Positions 1 to 7,226 of a stretch of 18,068 nt of DNA are shown here, piece after piece. The position numbers were made by a program, and so were the translations under genes. Under the pieces are notes generated by a model. It worked only from the letters and a program-made list of their open reading frames with translations, was not told where the DNA came from and did no database searches. Within the stretch, counting starts at the first letter, position 1, and each line of letters opens with the position of its first letter. The DNA comes from Deltaproteobacteria bacterium TL4 (GTDB taxonomy: Bacteria > SAR324 > NAC60-12). The stretch is from contig JBBCAX010000339.1 in the NCBI GenBank assembly GCA_051382335.1, positions 1 to 18,068 of the forward strand, given 5' to 3'.

Positions 1-233
1 GCGGACTTCCTTTCCATGGCAACAACCTCTTTTTTTTGCAACCGTCGTTTGAAAACACTATGATTCAAGCTAAGGGTTTTGGCTATCACACTGACTGGAT
101 AGTGTGAAATTAAAGAGGATGCCTTTTACCATAAAACTTCGGGGATTTTTTCACGAGAATGTCTTTTGTGTAAACGCCAGGCTTCAAATTGACGAAGGAC
201 TTCTTCTAAAGGGGGTTTTTGATGGGATTGCAT
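1..233 (-). pseudogene. IS66-family accessory ORF (TnpA-like HTH protein) with an in-frame premature stop; runs off the window edge
   Basis: Manual translation from the ATG at 233 (RBS AAGGAAAGGAG just upstream) gives MQSHQKPPLEEVLRQFEAWRLHKRHSREKIPEVLW*KASSLISHYPVSVIAKTLSLNHSVFKRRLQ. The FExWR...IPExLW...xxxLxLNxxxxKRR pattern is one I recall from first ORFs of IS66-type elements. TAA at 128-126 interrupts it. Not in the ORF track. Confidence 0.65.
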
Positions 234-283
234 GATGACTCCTTTCCTTTGATGTGTTCAAAAGAACATCATACATAAAAAAA

Positions 284-296
284 GGAGGATTGTTAC
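284..296 (-). mobile_element. Possible IS66 left terminal inverted repeat (GTAACAATCCTCC)
   Basis: Starts with GTAA, as IS66 ends do, about 63 bp upstream of the tnpA-like ATG. The partner end would be outside the window, so this is unverified. Confidence 0.3.
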
Positions 297-351
297 CCAG
301 TCTCACCGGAAGGTCACCCTGCTTATAACCTTCATGAGGTTGTTATCTTGT

Positions 352-370
352 AACAAAACACTGTTTTGTT
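352..370. promoter_or_regulatory. Perfect 9-1-9 palindrome AACAAAACA-C-TGTTTTGTT, possible operator
   Basis: Dyad symmetry visible directly in AT-rich intergenic DNA. The 1-nt spacer suits a protein-binding site better than an RNA hairpin. Confidence 0.3.
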
Positions 371-507
371 TTTATCAAAATAAAAATGGTTAATGCAAGG
401 TTTTTTTTCAATCCGATTTTTATTTTGGGGCTTTGATATTTTCTGTCTCAAAATATTTTCCTGCTGTAATATTTGCCGTGATGGCCCATTTCGGTAAGGA
501 ATAAACG

Positions 508-570
508 GTGAGGGCGGGGTTTCGTCCCCGCCGCACAGATGGTCGTGTTGGGACTGAAACCCCAACCTAC
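508..570. repeat. Inverted doublet of REP-like palindromes (GTAG-family, REPIN/BIME-like)
   Basis: + strand GTGAG-GGCGGGG-TTTCGT-CCCCGCC (508-532) and - strand GTAG-GTTGGG-GTTTCAGT-CCCAAC (570-547). Two related GC-rich hairpins face each other, and one has the canonical GTAG foot. Confidence 0.6.
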
Positions 571-609
571 CAGGATCTTCTCAAAACTAATGTTTTCAGA
601 TTTGGATTG

Positions 610-1067
610 GTTTATGTGACCGATAATGAAGGCGAACTTTCCGTGGAGGATGCCGTGATTCAAACGATCAATGAACTGCTCACGAGCACTTGGGAAGGCG
701 ATATTCTGGTGTTTCTGCCAGGGGAACGGGAAATCAGGGAAGTGTTGGAGGGCTTGAGTGACGCCAAACAATCGGTGGAGTTTTTACCCTTGTTCAGCCG
801 ACTTTCCAATAGTGAGCAGAACCGCATTTCCCAGCGTACTTCCCGGCGCAAAGTGATTGTGGCAACCAACCTGGCAGAAACCTCCATCACAATTCCAGGC
901 ATCCGTTATGTAGTGGATAGCGGACTGGCGCGTATCAGTCGCTATAATGGTCGTTCTCAGGTGCAGCGCCTCCCGTAGAATTTATTTTCCAGAGCAGTGC
1001 CCTCCAGCGTAGTGGTCGAGCCGAGCGGGTAGAAGCCGGAATCTGTATTCGGCTCTATTCAGAAGAA
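610..1067 (+). pseudogene. hrpA: Internal fragment of the DEAH-box RNA helicase HrpA (RecA2 domain), frameshifted and truncated at both ends
   Basis: Motifs GDILVFLPGEREIRE, RKVIVATNLAETSITIPGIRYVVDSG and SRYN...QRLP are present. After a frameshift at CTCCCGTAG (970-978) another frame continues PVEFIFQSSALQRSGRAERVEAGICIRLYSEE (motif VI region, with G>E in GRAGR). The Walker A/DEAH domain and the C-terminal domains are missing. Confidence 0.85.
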
Positions 1068-1615
1068 TCGCTCCTCCTGAATACCTTCACCCCTTTGAAC
1101 CGCTGAATGAGCATAATCTGATTTCTTTCAAATCGCACCGGGAGTCGTTTGTCGGAGCGTCTTTAGAGGAGCTATATGGTCATGCTTCCAATTATCGTAA
1201 AAAACATAAACTGGATCAACAACAAGTGAATCTGTACGCGCTGGTCCATCATGAACCGTTACAACTGTTGAAATCTTTCAGAGGAACGGAGTCCCTGGTA
1301 GAAATCCAAAAAAATGAGATTTATGAGCTTAAGCTATCGACAATGAGTCCGGTCCGGTTTATAATAACCAAACAAAGTCAGCATCCGCTGTTAACCTTGT
1401 TGTCCAATGACCGGGAAAAAGTGTTATCTCAGTTTCCAGAGTTTTATCAGGAGCGGGGACTGTTTGAAGAGATCAGCAGGTACTTTTACCGTTTAACCGA
1501 ATATTATGGAATCGTGGAGTCGAATATGTATACCAACGCAGATTTTTTAAGGGATAATCCCGATGTTCAATCCGTGTCCGCCTTGCTTTTCCCAAAAATC
1601 TATTATGAAGCCCTA

Positions 1616-1759
1616 GAAAAAGGTATCGAAAAAGGCCGAGAAGAAGGCATCGAAAAAGGCATCAAAAAAGGCATCGAAAAAGGCATCAAAAAAGGCATCG
1701 AAAAAGGCATCGAAAAAGGCATCGAAAAAGGTATCTAAAAAGACCGAGAAGAAGGAGAA
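1616..1759 (+). repeat. 12-bp coding tandem repeat (consensus GAAAAAGGCATC, E-K-G-I)
   Basis: Ten units at 1616-1735 (EKGI EKGR EEGI EKGI KKGI EKGI KKGI EKGI EKGI EKGI), then two degenerate units. The first of these has TAA in place of GAA/AAA. Confidence 0.9.
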
Positions 1760-1817
1760 ATCATTTTATTAGGTCGACTATAGACGTTCATTTAAATAAT
1801 TTCATTGGAATTACTGT

Positions 1818-1893
1818 GGAGTACCAAAGCTTGCTTTGGCAAAATTCAAAGAAAAGCTTTGGCTTTTCTGGTCAAAGCAAGCTTTGACACTCC
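1818..1893. repeat. REP-like inverted doublet with internal hairpins, inside the outer MITE
   Basis: GGAGTACCAAAGCTTGCTTTGGC (1818-1840) matches the reverse complement of 1871-1893, GGAGTGTCAAAGCTTGCTTTGAC, at 20/23. Each arm is itself a hairpin (CAAAGC-NN-GCTTTG), and a third hairpin AGAAAAGC-TTTG-GCTTTTCT lies at 1850-1869. Confidence 0.75.
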
Positions 1894-1958
1894 TAATCAT
1901 GAGTCGATTAAATGGGTCATCCAAAATATACATGCTGAATTTATTTAAATGCATGTCT

Positions 1959-2138
1959 CATAGGTGTTCGGGATTTTTATTATTTATAATCAGTTGGTTA
2001 AAATCCAGATTTTGGGGTGCCCGTAAATGCCCGTTAAACAAGGATAAAAAATATCCGTGAATTACCGGTTTTAGAGACAATTATGAGGCGTCTCTCTAAG
2101 TACATGATTAAAAATAGAAAAAATCCAGAACACCTATG
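1959..2138. mobile_element. Inner 180-bp MITE with ~34-bp TIRs and a 10-bp target-site duplication, IS4-family-like
   Basis: The left end CATAGGTGTTCGGGATTTTT... matches the right-end reverse complement CATAGGTGTTCTGGATTTTT... at 19/20 (30/34 over the extended repeat). A perfect direct repeat ATGCATGTCT flanks it at 1949-1958 and 2139-2148. No transposase ORF. Confidence 0.9.
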
Positions 2139-2430
2139 ATGCATGTCTATATTACGGAAAAAGTTTGGAGATCAGGCCTATAGTTTATACATCAAAGTCG
2201 ACTAAACCAGTATCGTTTGGAAGAAATTGAATTTTTGTTGGAACGTATTTTAACCGCAACAAAAATCGATGAAGTTTTTGATTCACTCCCCTCAATGGGG
2301 ATTGGAACCAGTTGAAAAAGGTAAGGCACTTCGTTCAGTTACCCCAGCAGCGTGAGATTACGGGGGTGATAGGTTGAGCAAATGGATTTTAAAGAAGACC
2401 ACACTCAGTTAAGAAAAACAGGATAAAGTT

Positions 2431-3189
2431 ATGTTTTCAGAAGATTGGAATTTTGAGGTTTTGAATCAAAAGGCAACAGCGATCATTCAAACCCTTGAAA
2501 AAGAAGGGGTGGTCCGTTATTTTTCATTACCCGATGGAACAGTGAGATTGCCGGCAACCTCAAATTTGGAGCAAGCGGAAGAAATTGTCATTGTCTGTTC
2601 GGGCTATCCGGAAAGAGCGGGTGTTTGGTCCTATACCCTTCTGGATCGAAGTTTGACCGACTCACCGTGGCTTGAAAAAACAAGCATGAGTGCTTATTTC
2701 AAAGGCCTTGGCTCTTTGAATATGGGGATGGTTGTCCTGGATCCCCATGCCAACGAATTGAAACAACCTCCTGAAGCGTCTATTCCTGTCTACCTTTCCC
2801 AGCTACACCAACTTTATGAATCCTTCCGCAGGCGTTCCTTTCCACCCAAAATCATCTTGCTAGGTTATTCTTTGGGCGGGGATGTCCTATTACGTTTTCT
2901 TCAAACTTACCCTCATTTTTGCGGTCAAACTCACGCTCTCATTTTAGTGGATCCTTCGCCGCCTCATGTTGGACGACGGAAACTACTGCCGGAAGTCGCG
3001 CCATTGGTGGCTCGCGCCTTGTTTTATGGCCTGGCGAATGATGCCGGACTTCCCGGAGAATTTGCGGAAATCACAGCCATGCGACTGAAGCTGAAACCTC
3101 AGTTGGTTTCTTGTGAGTTTCATGGTGAAGTTCCGAATTTAATACTTCCTCAAATCCTTGCGAACTTACCCACCCTTATTGAAAAGTAA
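2431..3189 (+). CDS. Alpha/beta-hydrolase-fold protein, Arb2/FAM172A-like
   Basis: 252 aa. Nucleophile elbow IILLGYSLGG (GYSLGG at 2863-2880), downstream strand ALILVDP and a C-terminal His (CEFHG). The segment IVIVCSG..RAGVW...GMVVLDPH resembles the Arb2 signature. RBS AGGA upstream. Confidence 0.7.
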   Translation: MFSEDWNFEVLNQKATAIIQTLEKEGVVRYFSLPDGTVRLPATSNLEQAEEIVIVCSGYPERAGVWSYTLLDRSLTDSPWLEKTSMSAYFKGLGSLNMGMVVLDPHANELKQPPEASIPVYLSQLHQLYESFRRRSFPPKIILLGYSLGGDVLLRFLQTYPHFCGQTHALILVDPSPPHVGRRKLLPEVAPLVARALFYGLANDAGLPGEFAEITAMRLKLKPQLVSCEFHGEVPNLILPQILANLPTLIEK

Positions 3190-3194
3190 TTTTG

Positions 3195-4340
3195 ATGTTC
3201 TATTTGGATAATGCGGCAACAACGCCTGTTCCTTCGGAAGTACTGAACGTGAGTCTTCCCTACTTGACGGAACATTTCGCGAACCCTTCCTCAGTTTATG
3301 ATTTGGGAATGGCTAATGCTCGTGCCATTAAGGCCTCCAGAGAAAAACTTGCCAAGGTTTTTCAAGTTCCTTCAGAGGGCATTGTCTTTTGTAGTGGTGC
3401 CACCGAGAGTAATTTTTTAGCCTTGATGTCGTGTGCTCAGGCTGCACGGTTGAAGGGAAAACAAATTATTATTTCCGAACTGGAACATCCCTCAGTCAGC
3501 AATGCCGCTATTTTTTTACAGAACCAGGGATGGCAAATTGATAAGGTTCGCACTCTCCCTGAAGGCATTGTGGATGTGGCCCACCTGGAGTCCTTGTTGA
3601 GTACAAACACCCGGTTGGTTTCCTGCCTTGCGGTCAGTAATGAAATAGGAACGAAGCAGCCTTTGGAAAAGATAGGGGCCTTGATCAAACATAAAAATCC
3701 ACAGGCGTTGTTCCATGTTGACGCGACACAAGCTCTTGGAAAAATCGCACTTCCCTTAAGCTCAGCCCCCATTGACATGTTTTCAATCGGTGGGCATAAA
3801 GTAGGCGCCCCCAAAGGCATTGGCGCGCTGATCATGACTCATTCTTTGCCGGTTGTTCCCATCATGTCAGGGGGCGGGCAAGAGCACGGATGGCGAGGCG
3901 GAACAGAAAATGTATTTGGAATTGTCGCTTTGAGTGAGGCGATCCTTCTGATTGAAAAACAACGCGAAGAAACGTATCGCCACATGTTGACTTATAAACG
4001 TCAGTGGCTCGACTTTTTAACAAGTCAACATCCTGAGATTCGCCGATTCGAATCTGAGCATGTACTCCCGTTTTACCTGAACCTGGCACTGACGCCTATT
4101 CCGGCTGAAGTTTTTTTACATCATTTGGAAGCCCAGCAAATTTATGTGTCCACAGGTTCTGCGTGTTCTTCGAATAAAAAAAATAAAATTAAATCGATTT
4201 GGCCAATGGTTGGTGTAAATTCAACCATTGCGAACTCCATGATTCGTTTAAGTTTTGCTAAACAGAATCTTTCCGAAGATTTAAACCAACTCTTCCAACA
4301 ATTCTCTCAAGTGGTTGGAACGTTAAAACAAATCAGGTAA
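3195..4340 (+). CDS. Cysteine desulfurase, group I (IscS/NifS family, PLP-dependent)
   Basis: YLDNAATT, SGATES, EHPSV, NEIG, HVDATQ, PLP-lysine motif SIGGHKVGAPKG, GGGQE..RGGTEN and catalytic loop STGSACSS (Cys at 4164-4166). The ATG at 3195 is preferred over the TTG at 3192. Confidence 0.95.
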   Translation: MFYLDNAATTPVPSEVLNVSLPYLTEHFANPSSVYDLGMANARAIKASREKLAKVFQVPSEGIVFCSGATESNFLALMSCAQAARLKGKQIIISELEHPSVSNAAIFLQNQGWQIDKVRTLPEGIVDVAHLESLLSTNTRLVSCLAVSNEIGTKQPLEKIGALIKHKNPQALFHVDATQALGKIALPLSSAPIDMFSIGGHKVGAPKGIGALIMTHSLPVVPIMSGGGQEHGWRGGTENVFGIVALSEAILLIEKQREETYRHMLTYKRQWLDFLTSQHPEIRRFESEHVLPFYLNLALTPIPAEVFLHHLEAQQIYVSTGSACSSNKKNKIKSIWPMVGVNSTIANSMIRLSFAKQNLSEDLNQLFQQFSQVVGTLKQIR

Positions 4341-4365
4341 CCATGAATTTAAATGAGAGATAATT

Positions 4366-5979
4366 ATGCCGAACACTATGGAACAACCAGCATCAAAGTT
4401 AATCCGCGCAACGCGTTATGGAAAAGTAAAAGGCAAACAATGGTGTGCTCAGACTCTGGCTTGGCTTGGGATTCCTTATGCGAAACCCCCGATAGGAGAT
4501 CTGCGTTGGAAAGCGCCGCAGGATCCTGAAAACTGGGACGGGATCTTGGAAACCACCGAATTTCAAAGCGAATGTATGCAATACGGCGGTTTGCTCCTTA
4601 CCTTGGAACCCGAAGTCTTGGGACATCCTGTAGGCAGTGAAGATTGTCTTTATTTGAACGTATGGCGTCCTGATACCACCGAGCAGGAATTACCTGTGTT
4701 TTTTTACCTGCATGGAGGCTTGAACGCGGTTGGCGAAGGCGCTACGTCGTTGTATCACGGGGCGACTTTAGCCAAGGACAATAAAGTGATCGTCGTTACG
4801 ATCAATTACCGTCTGGGTATTTTTGGATGGTTTGCCCATAAGGCCTTAAAAACAGGCAATCCGTTAGATGATTCAGGGAACTACGGATTGTTGGATTATG
4901 TTAAAGCGTTGCAATGGGTTCATGCTAATATTTCCGCGTTTGGCGGCGATAAAAATAATGTAACCATCATTGGAGAATCCGCAGGAGCGTTTAATGTGAT
5001 TACTTTGCTCGCCATGCCTCTTGCGAAGGGCTTATTTCATAAAGCGATTTCAATCAGTCCCATGGGGTCGTTTTATACCACGTCCATGAATGCCGCCTAT
5101 AAAAAATCACAAACTCAACTCCAGCGAATGCTGCAAGAGGATGGCACAGTGAACACTCCCCGGGGAGGAAAGTGGGTAACTTTCCAAAGAGGGAAAACGT
5201 GGGTCGCGGATTACCTTCGATCCAAGAGTGCCAAAGAGTTGCTGTTAAGCACTAAAAAACTGACAGCGCCTGGACTGAACGAAGGCTTGGGAATCACCTT
5301 TGATATTTTGGGCGGAAGTCGAATTTTGGATGGAACCGTGCTTCCTTTGGATTTTAGTCAACGTTTTAAGTCTGGAAATTATCAGCAGGTTCCCTATATG
5401 ATAGGAAGTGCCAGTGATGAAATGCGGATCTTTGAATTATCACTGGGCTTTCTGTCAAAACCCGATGACAAAGAGCTTTCCCACATGATCCGGTCCTATG
5501 ATCCGGCGCGGAGTGATTTAGAGTTATCAACGGTGGTTCCTGCGTTTCTTCAACCCTTGTATGCCTTCATCGGAAGTGTCCTTGGCGCGAAAGTTTTTGA
5601 AAAGACAGGCGTGGATCCTGTTGCCGACAGGTTTTCCCGCCATCAGGAGGTTTATGTATTTAAATTTTGCTGGAATCAACAACCAACGCCCTTTAATGTA
5701 CTTGTCGGGGCATCGCATATGATGGCACTGCCTTTCATTTTTGGAAATTTCCAGAATGATGCTGAAAGTTTGTTTCGAATTTCATGGTCTGAAGAAAACA
5801 AGGTACAACGAGAAGTCTTATCAGAAAAGATGAGAGCCTATCTTGCTAATTTTATGCAGACAGGAAATCCCAACGAAGGCGCTTATCCGCAAACGGTGAA
5901 ATGGGAAACATGGTCCAATCAACGTGATCAGCGGAAACGAATCATTTTTGACACCTCTATTTCAATGAGTAACCAATGA
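4366..5979 (+). CDS. Type-B carboxylesterase/lipase (PnbA-like)
   Basis: LGIPYAKPP.GDLRW, SEDCLYLNVW, HGG, NYRLG, NYGLLD, nucleophile GESAG (4972-4986), acid in GSASDE and His in GASH. No obvious signal peptide. Confidence 0.95.
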   Translation: MPNTMEQPASKLIRATRYGKVKGKQWCAQTLAWLGIPYAKPPIGDLRWKAPQDPENWDGILETTEFQSECMQYGGLLLTLEPEVLGHPVGSEDCLYLNVWRPDTTEQELPVFFYLHGGLNAVGEGATSLYHGATLAKDNKVIVVTINYRLGIFGWFAHKALKTGNPLDDSGNYGLLDYVKALQWVHANISAFGGDKNNVTIIGESAGAFNVITLLAMPLAKGLFHKAISISPMGSFYTTSMNAAYKKSQTQLQRMLQEDGTVNTPRGGKWVTFQRGKTWVADYLRSKSAKELLLSTKKLTAPGLNEGLGITFDILGGSRILDGTVLPLDFSQRFKSGNYQQVPYMIGSASDEMRIFELSLGFLSKPDDKELSHMIRSYDPARSDLELSTVVPAFLQPLYAFIGSVLGAKVFEKTGVDPVADRFSRHQEVYVFKFCWNQQPTPFNVLVGASHMMALPFIFGNFQNDAESLFRISWSEENKVQREVLSEKMRAYLANFMQTGNPNEGAYPQTVKWETWSNQRDQRKRIIFDTSISMSNQ

Positions 5980-7193
5980 AACTCAGTGTTGCCTATAATT
6001 TTGAAAAGGAAATCATTCCTCAATTAGCTCATTTTGAGGAAGTGCATGAGATTTACGCAAAATTGGATCAGGATTATTTTGGCGGAGGTCGATCTTCTTA
6101 CACACTGCCTCATGTCTCTAAAAATCGGTTGAAACGAAGTATCAAGGAAGCGCATCAACATGGACTGACGTTTAATTATCTGATCAACGGCGCAACTTTA
6201 AACGGGATAGAACAAACGAGACAGGGACAAAAAAAAATAAGACAGTTTTTAGAATACCTGACTCAGCTTAAAGTGGATAGTCTCACCATTACCTCCCCTT
6301 ATTTACTGAGATTGGTCAAAACGCAATACCCTCATTTTAAGATCAGAGTCAGTGCCTTCGCAATGGTGGACAGCCTTGATAAAGCGCTTCAATGGGAAGA
6401 CTTGGGTGCCGATACGATTTGTCTCAGCGCGCTTGCCTGTAACCGTGATTTCAAAAAACTGGCACTGCTTCGAAAGGCAGCCACGTGCGAGTTACAGTTA
6501 ATTGTCAATGCGAGTTGCTTACTGCATTGTTCGTATGAACCAACCCACATGAACCTGCTCACTAACAGTTCTCAAAAAGGTCACTCCAGCCAGGGCTTTT
6601 GCCTGGATTATTGTGTGCTGCACTGTTCTTCAAAAAAATTAAGGCATCCCCTTCATTATATCAAATCAACCTGGATTCGGCCTGAAGATCTCAAGTTTTA
6701 TGAGGAACTCGGTTATGATAATTATAAAATAGTGGAGCGAAGTATTTCAGGACCTCTGCTGTTGAAACGGGTTAAAGCTTATGTGGAACGGTCCTTTGAG
6801 GGGAATTTGTTGGAAATTGCGGGACCCGTGGCCAAGATAAAAAAGCAGCAAGGTGCTTCTTTATTTCAAAGAGCAAAAGTTTTTTCCACGTTATTGAAAC
6901 CTCGTGCGGCAAACGTCAGAAGTCTTTTATTGATGAAAAATTATGCGGATCGTATTCTTTTCCATGATTATTCACAAGGCACGGCGCCCATCTATATTGA
7001 TAACAAGGGACTTGACGGATTTTTGGAAGGACTCCTGAAACGGGATTGCGGATCATTGAATTGTGCCGAATGTAAATACTGTGACACTGTGGCACAAAAA
7101 CAGGTAAAGCTTGATAAACAATACCAGCAGGAAACTTTAGAGTTGGCGAGTAAACTCGACTCCCATTTGAATAATGGATTATTTTGGTTTTAA
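5976..7193 (+). CDS. Peptidase U32-family protein (probable Fe-S enzyme)
   Basis: TIM-barrel U32 pattern (AH.HG..FNYLING, VDSLTIT.PYL, RVSAFA.V, NRDF..L, LQLIVN). Cys cluster CLLHC...FCLDYCVLHC, WIRPED...G...YKIVER and C-terminal CGSLNCAECKYC. ATGA overlap with the esterase stop codon. Confidence 0.9.
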   Translation: MKLSVAYNFEKEIIPQLAHFEEVHEIYAKLDQDYFGGGRSSYTLPHVSKNRLKRSIKEAHQHGLTFNYLINGATLNGIEQTRQGQKKIRQFLEYLTQLKVDSLTITSPYLLRLVKTQYPHFKIRVSAFAMVDSLDKALQWEDLGADTICLSALACNRDFKKLALLRKAATCELQLIVNASCLLHCSYEPTHMNLLTNSSQKGHSSQGFCLDYCVLHCSSKKLRHPLHYIKSTWIRPEDLKFYEELGYDNYKIVERSISGPLLLKRVKAYVERSFEGNLLEIAGPVAKIKKQQGASLFQRAKVFSTLLKPRAANVRSLLLMKNYADRILFHDYSQGTAPIYIDNKGLDGFLEGLLKRDCGSLNCAECKYCDTVAQKQVKLDKQYQQETLELASKLDSHLNNGLFWF

Positions 7194-7226
7194 ACTCTTG
7201 AGCCTGGCCCCCATTTTTTTAACCTA

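Larger units (their letters stand above)
1781..2149. mobile_element. Outer MITE (179 bp net) with 24-bp TIRs and TA target duplication, IS630/Tc1-mariner-like target preference
   Basis: Left TIR TAGACGTTCATTTAAATAATTTCA (1781-1804) matches the reconstructed right TIR, reverse complement TAGACATGCATTTAAATAAATTCA (1936-1958 plus 2149), at 21/24. Flanked by TA at 1779-1780 and 2150-2151. Excision restores the host reading frame. Confidence 0.8.
1070..2315 (+). pseudogene. Degraded hypothetical protein with EKGI repeats and a DUF4351-like C-terminus (tail type seen on Rpn/PD-(D/E)XK-associated proteins)
   Basis: The frame of ORF 1226-1738 is open upstream (PFEPLNEHNLISFKSHRESF...LEELYGHASNYRK) but has no start codon, so the N-terminus is lost. 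A nonsense TAA at 1736-1738 falls inside the repeat. Removing the insertion at 1781-2149 plus one TA restores GEIILLGRL|LRKKFGD. A further frameshift near 2180-2190 leads to RLEEIEFLLERILTATKIDEVFDS...* (2315). Confidence 0.7.

Noticed and set aside
332..902. Minus-strand ORFs 332-565, 448-771 and 660-902
   Set aside because: They are antisense to the hrpA relic and REP repeat, with no recognisable motifs.
126..1738. Stop-codon recoding or an alternative genetic code to explain the in-frame stops
   Set aside because: The stops occur alongside frameshifts, truncations and insertions, while intact genes end normally in TAA, TGA or TAG. Ordinary pseudogenisation explains them.
1616..1759. Possible CRISPR array
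   Set aside because: The 12-bp units are contiguous with no spacers and encode an in-frame EKGI peptide repeat. No cas genes are present.
1836..2060. 74-aa ORF in the track
   Set aside because: It spans the REP-like doublet and both MITEs, has a TTG start without an RBS and encodes nothing recognisable.
2288..2370. Small hairpins (TCCCC/GGGGA; ACCCC/GGGGT) upstream of the five-gene cluster, as a cobalamin or SAM riboswitch
   Set aside because: I could not find a B12-box or SAM-riboswitch core motif. An Infernal/Rfam search would be needed.
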